A stretch of DNA of 64,000 nucleotides from a virus. Position 1 is the stretch's first letter, and every line of letters starts with the position of its first letter. Position numbers and translations under genes: made by a program. Under the pieces are notes generated by a model. That model was not told the origin of the DNA. It was given only the letters and a program-made list of their open reading frames with translations, and did no database searches. Shown piece after piece: positions 61,138 through 64,000 of this stretch. The stretch is from the IMG/VR virus record IMGVR_UViG_3300023179_003528, positions 1 to 64,000 of that record. One strand, written 5' to 3'.

Positions 61138-62151
61138 ATGAACCTTTTTAAAAAGGTGGCAGCATTCACAGATCTTCATGTAGGGCTAAAATCAAACTCT
61201 ACTCTACATCTCAAAGACTGTGAAGATTTTATAGATTGGTATATCGATACAGCTCAAAAAAATAACTGTGATACAGGAATCTTTTTAGGAGATTGGAGTC
61301 ACAATCGTAACAGTCTAAATCTAATCACCCTGGATACCAGTATGAGATGTTTGGAAAAATTAGGCTCTGCATTTGAACAATTTTTTTGGTTTCCTGGCAA
61401 TCACGACCTATACTATAAGGACAAACGAGACATTCATAGCAGTGTGTTCGGACGTCACATACCTGGAGTGACTGTGGTAGATTCTGTTACCACTATAGGC
61501 AATGTCACCCTGGTTCCTTGGTTAGTTGGTGATGAATGGAAGGACATGAAATCTCTTAAGAGCAAATACATATTTGGACATTTTGAACTACCGCAGTTTA
61601 TGATGAATGCCATGGTACAGATGCCGGATCATGGAGAACTACAGGCCATAGATCTTAAGAGTCCAGACTATGTGTTCAGCGGACACTTCCATAAACGTCA
61701 GAACAAGGGCAATGTTTGGTATATAGGTAATGCATTTCCACACAACTTTGCTGACAATTGGGACGATGATAGAGGCATGATGATTCTTGAATGGGGAGGT
61801 GACCCCGAGTTTATAAATTGGCAAGACTGTCCCAAATATAGAGTTGTAAAACTAAGTGAATTAATTAACAATCCAGATACAATTATTAAATCCAAGATGC
61901 ATCTAAAAGTTTTGTTGGATGTTGATATCAGCTTTGAAGAAGCAAACTTTATTAGAGAAAATTTTGTGTCAAAATATGATATCAGAGATATCAGCCTAGT
62001 TCAAGATAAAAATAATTTAGATAACGGATTTGATGATAATATTGATACCAAATTTGAAAGTGTAGATCAAATTGTAATAGAACAGTTAGTCAACATAGAT
62101 TCAAATCAAATCAATAAAAACCTACTGTTAGACATATACAAAAACCTATGA
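61138..62151 (+). CDS. Recombination endonuclease subunit (gp47/SbcD/Mre11-like)
   Basis: TDLH.G, LGDW, GNHD, GHFE, SGHFH phosphoesterase motifs. Confidence 0.93.
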   Translation: MNLFKKVAAFTDLHVGLKSNSTLHLKDCEDFIDWYIDTAQKNNCDTGIFLGDWSHNRNSLNLITLDTSMRCLEKLGSAFEQFFWFPGNHDLYYKDKRDIHSSVFGRHIPGVTVVDSVTTIGNVTLVPWLVGDEWKDMKSLKSKYIFGHFELPQFMMNAMVQMPDHGELQAIDLKSPDYVFSGHFHKRQNKGNVWYIGNAFPHNFADNWDDDRGMMILEWGGDPEFINWQDCPKYRVVKLSELINNPDTIIKSKMHLKVLLDVDISFEEANFIRENFVSKYDIRDISLVQDKNNLDNGFDDNIDTKFESVDQIVIEQLVNIDSNQINKNLLLDIYKNL

Positions 62152-62975
62152 TTATAGACTGTTTTATTTTCTTCAATGAATATGAAATACTAGAAGGAAG
62201 ATTAGAATATCTCTATCCTCATGTGGATTATTTTGTTCTGGTAGAATCAAACATGACATTCAGTGGTAAACAAAAGCCCATGTATTACATGCAGAACATG
62301 TCACGGTTTAAGCCATATCTTGACAAAATTTTATATTTTCCCTTTATTACCAGTGCTGATAGATATGACTTTACCAAACAGCCTAGACATGATAGAGATT
62401 ACGCTACCGGACCCTGGGCTGCCGAACATGCTCAACGTCGCTACATGGGTTCTTGCATTGATCTATTTCAAGATGAGGATATTATCCTATTCAGTGACCT
62501 AGATGAAATATGGCATAAAGATTGTATTCCTATCATACGTGAACATCTAGATGCAGGAACTCCAGCATTGACCATAGAACAAGATCATTTCTGCTATAAT
62601 TTTAGACAAAAACAGATTATTCCTATTAGAGGTACCACTACCAGTAAGATAAGTTTTGCTCGTCAAAGAGATCCTCAGGCACAGCGTAATGAAAAATACG
62701 GATATCCCTGTATTATTAGAGGAGGATGGCATCTAAGCTATTGGGGTGACACAGAAAAAATCAAATACAAAATTGAATCATTTAGTCATACAGAATTGGA
62801 TAGAGATGAGTATAAAAATCCGGATCATATCAAACAACGTATCAAGCTAGGTGCAGATCTGTTCAATAGAGATAATCCTTATGTAAATGTGGACCCAAGT
62901 GAAATACCCCAAGATGTAATGCAAATTTTCGGCAAGTATAATGACTACCTTATAAAAGAAAATGTTCAAAATTAA
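62148..62975 (+). CDS. GT17-family (MGAT3/GnT-III-like) glycosyltransferase
   Basis: DCFIFFNE..L..RL..L...VDYFVLVES..TFSG..K, E..QR, SDLDE, GGWHLSY, KIESFSH. Confidence 0.85.
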   Translation: MIIDCFIFFNEYEILEGRLEYLYPHVDYFVLVESNMTFSGKQKPMYYMQNMSRFKPYLDKILYFPFITSADRYDFTKQPRHDRDYATGPWAAEHAQRRYMGSCIDLFQDEDIILFSDLDEIWHKDCIPIIREHLDAGTPALTIEQDHFCYNFRQKQIIPIRGTTTSKISFARQRDPQAQRNEKYGYPCIIRGGWHLSYWGDTEKIKYKIESFSHTELDRDEYKNPDHIKQRIKLGADLFNRDNPYVNVDPSEIPQDVMQIFGKYNDYLIKENVQN

Positions 62976-64000
62976 AACACTCACAGTAAAAAACTTCATG
63001 AGCGTGGGCAATCAAACCCAGGCCGTAGACTTTTCTAAACAAAATCTAACCCTTGTACTAGGATCCAACCTAGACCTAGGAGGAGATGACACCGGTTCAC
63101 GAAACGGCACAGGTAAAACAACAATCATTAACGCACTAAGTTATGGACTCTACGGTCAGGCTCTGACAAATATTAGAAAAGAAAACCTAATTAATAAGAC
63201 TAATGGCAAAAATATGTTGGTCACTGTAGAGTTTGAAAAAGGTAAAAATCATTATAGGATAGAACGAGGCCGTAAACCCAATGTGTTAAAATTGTTTGTG
63301 AATAACCACGAACTAAAAACTGATCAAGCCGAAGACGAAAGTCAAGGCGACAGCAGAGAGACACAGAAAAGCATAGAGGACATGCTGGAAATCAGCCACA
63401 CCATGTTTAAACATCTAGTGGCCTTAAATACCTATACCGAACCTTTTCTTTCTATGAAGGCTGCTGAACAACGTGAAGTTATAGAACAGCTACTTGGTAT
63501 TACTTTATTAAGTGAGAAAGCAGATACTCTAAAAGATCATATAAAACAGACCAAAGACCTTATACAAACTGAAAACACAAAAATAGAAGCCATAAAAGCA
63601 GCTAATGAAAATGTTCAAAAAAGTATAGATAGTTTAAAAATAAAAAGTTCTGCCTGGGACAACAAACACCAACAAGAGTTAGAAAATCTAGGTCGTGCCA
63701 TTGTGAATCTTGAATCTGTTAACATTGAAGCAGAAATACAGGCGCACAAAGATCTGGCCACATGGTTAGAGAATGATCGTAAACTAACACAGCTTAGAAA
63801 ACAACGTGCTACTCTAGAAACTGCGGTCATGCAGGCTGCTAAAAGTGTAGAAAAGTATACTTGCGATTATGACATGCTGAAAAACAAAACATGTCCTTCC
63901 TGTAAACAGGGTCTGCAGGATCATGATCATGATCATATGATTCAAGAAGTAGAAAAAAATCTAGTTGATGCCAATGAATATGCAGGCAAGGTCACACATG
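62962..64000 (+). CDS. Recombination ATPase (gp46/SbcC/Rad50-like), 3'-truncated; absent from ORF track
   Basis: MFKIKTLTVKNFMSVGN, Walker A NGTGKTT, IERGRKP, coiled coil, CPSC zinc hook near 63892. Confidence 0.93.
   Translation, partial: MFKIKTLTVKNFMSVGNQTQAVDFSKQNLTLVLGSNLDLGGDDTGSRNGTGKTTIINALSYGLYGQALTNIRKENLINKTNGKNMLVTVEFEKGKNHYRIERGRKPNVLKLFVNNHELKTDQAEDESQGDSRETQKSIEDMLEISHTMFKHLVALNTYTEPFLSMKAAEQREVIEQLLGITLLSEKADTLKDHIKQTKDLIQTENTKIEAIKAANENVQKSIDSLKIKSSAWDNKHQQELENLGRAIVNLESVNIEAEIQAHKDLATWLENDRKLTQLRKQRATLETAVMQAAKSVEKYTCDYDMLKNKTCPSCKQGLQDHDHDHMIQEVEKNLVDANEYAGKVTH

Noticed and set aside
68-63830. Numerous short antisense or alternate-frame ORFs in the track (e.g. 68..595, 3867..4373, 14711..15184, 41806..42333, 63615..63830)
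   Set aside because: Nested in or opposite well-supported genes with no motifs or translation signals
1-64000. Stop-codon reassignment, inteins/introns, tRNAs, CRISPR arrays, integrase or transposase
   Set aside because: Core genes are full length in the standard code and TAA, TAG and TGA all end genes; polB and thyA are uninterrupted; intergenic gaps are too short or lack such patterns by eye (tRNAscan/Infernal not run)

Overview
AT-rich 64 kb segment of a large lytic myovirus (jumbo-phage type, T4-like core genes; gene content recalls RaK2/GAP32-like phages, which is an inference) using the standard genetic code. Plus-strand block 1-33085: holin-like gene; DnaJ/peptide deformylase/ClpA cassette; a run of probable head-packaged proteins including three nucleotidyl-transfer folds and Dps; family B DNA polymerase and putative clamp; a 7-deazaguanine DNA-modification locus (DpdA/TGT-like, QueD paralogue of DpdL type, glycosyltransferase, QueE) interrupted by a subtilase and an inverted radical SAM gene; RNase H; MoxR/VWA pair; and thyA. 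Minus-strand block 33086-60063: tail fibre and baseplate genes including a ~4575 aa protein. Plus strand from 60175: late sigma factor, gp47, a GT17 glycosyltransferase and gp46 (runs off the end). Most notable signals not in the ORF track: (1) a canonical -1 frameshift cassette (A AAA AAG + 6 nt + perfect 11-bp stem) that would extend the 670 aa modular head protein by 80 aa; (2) a 61 aa DfrB/R67-type DHFR homologue overlapping thyA; (3) two tandem covarying hairpin/pseudoknot motifs in the DNA polymerase leader; (4) TAAATA late promoters 5-6 nt before start codons, suggesting leaderless mRNAs. No tRNA, rRNA, CRISPR array or mobile element was recognised. All family assignments are from motif recognition, not database searches.
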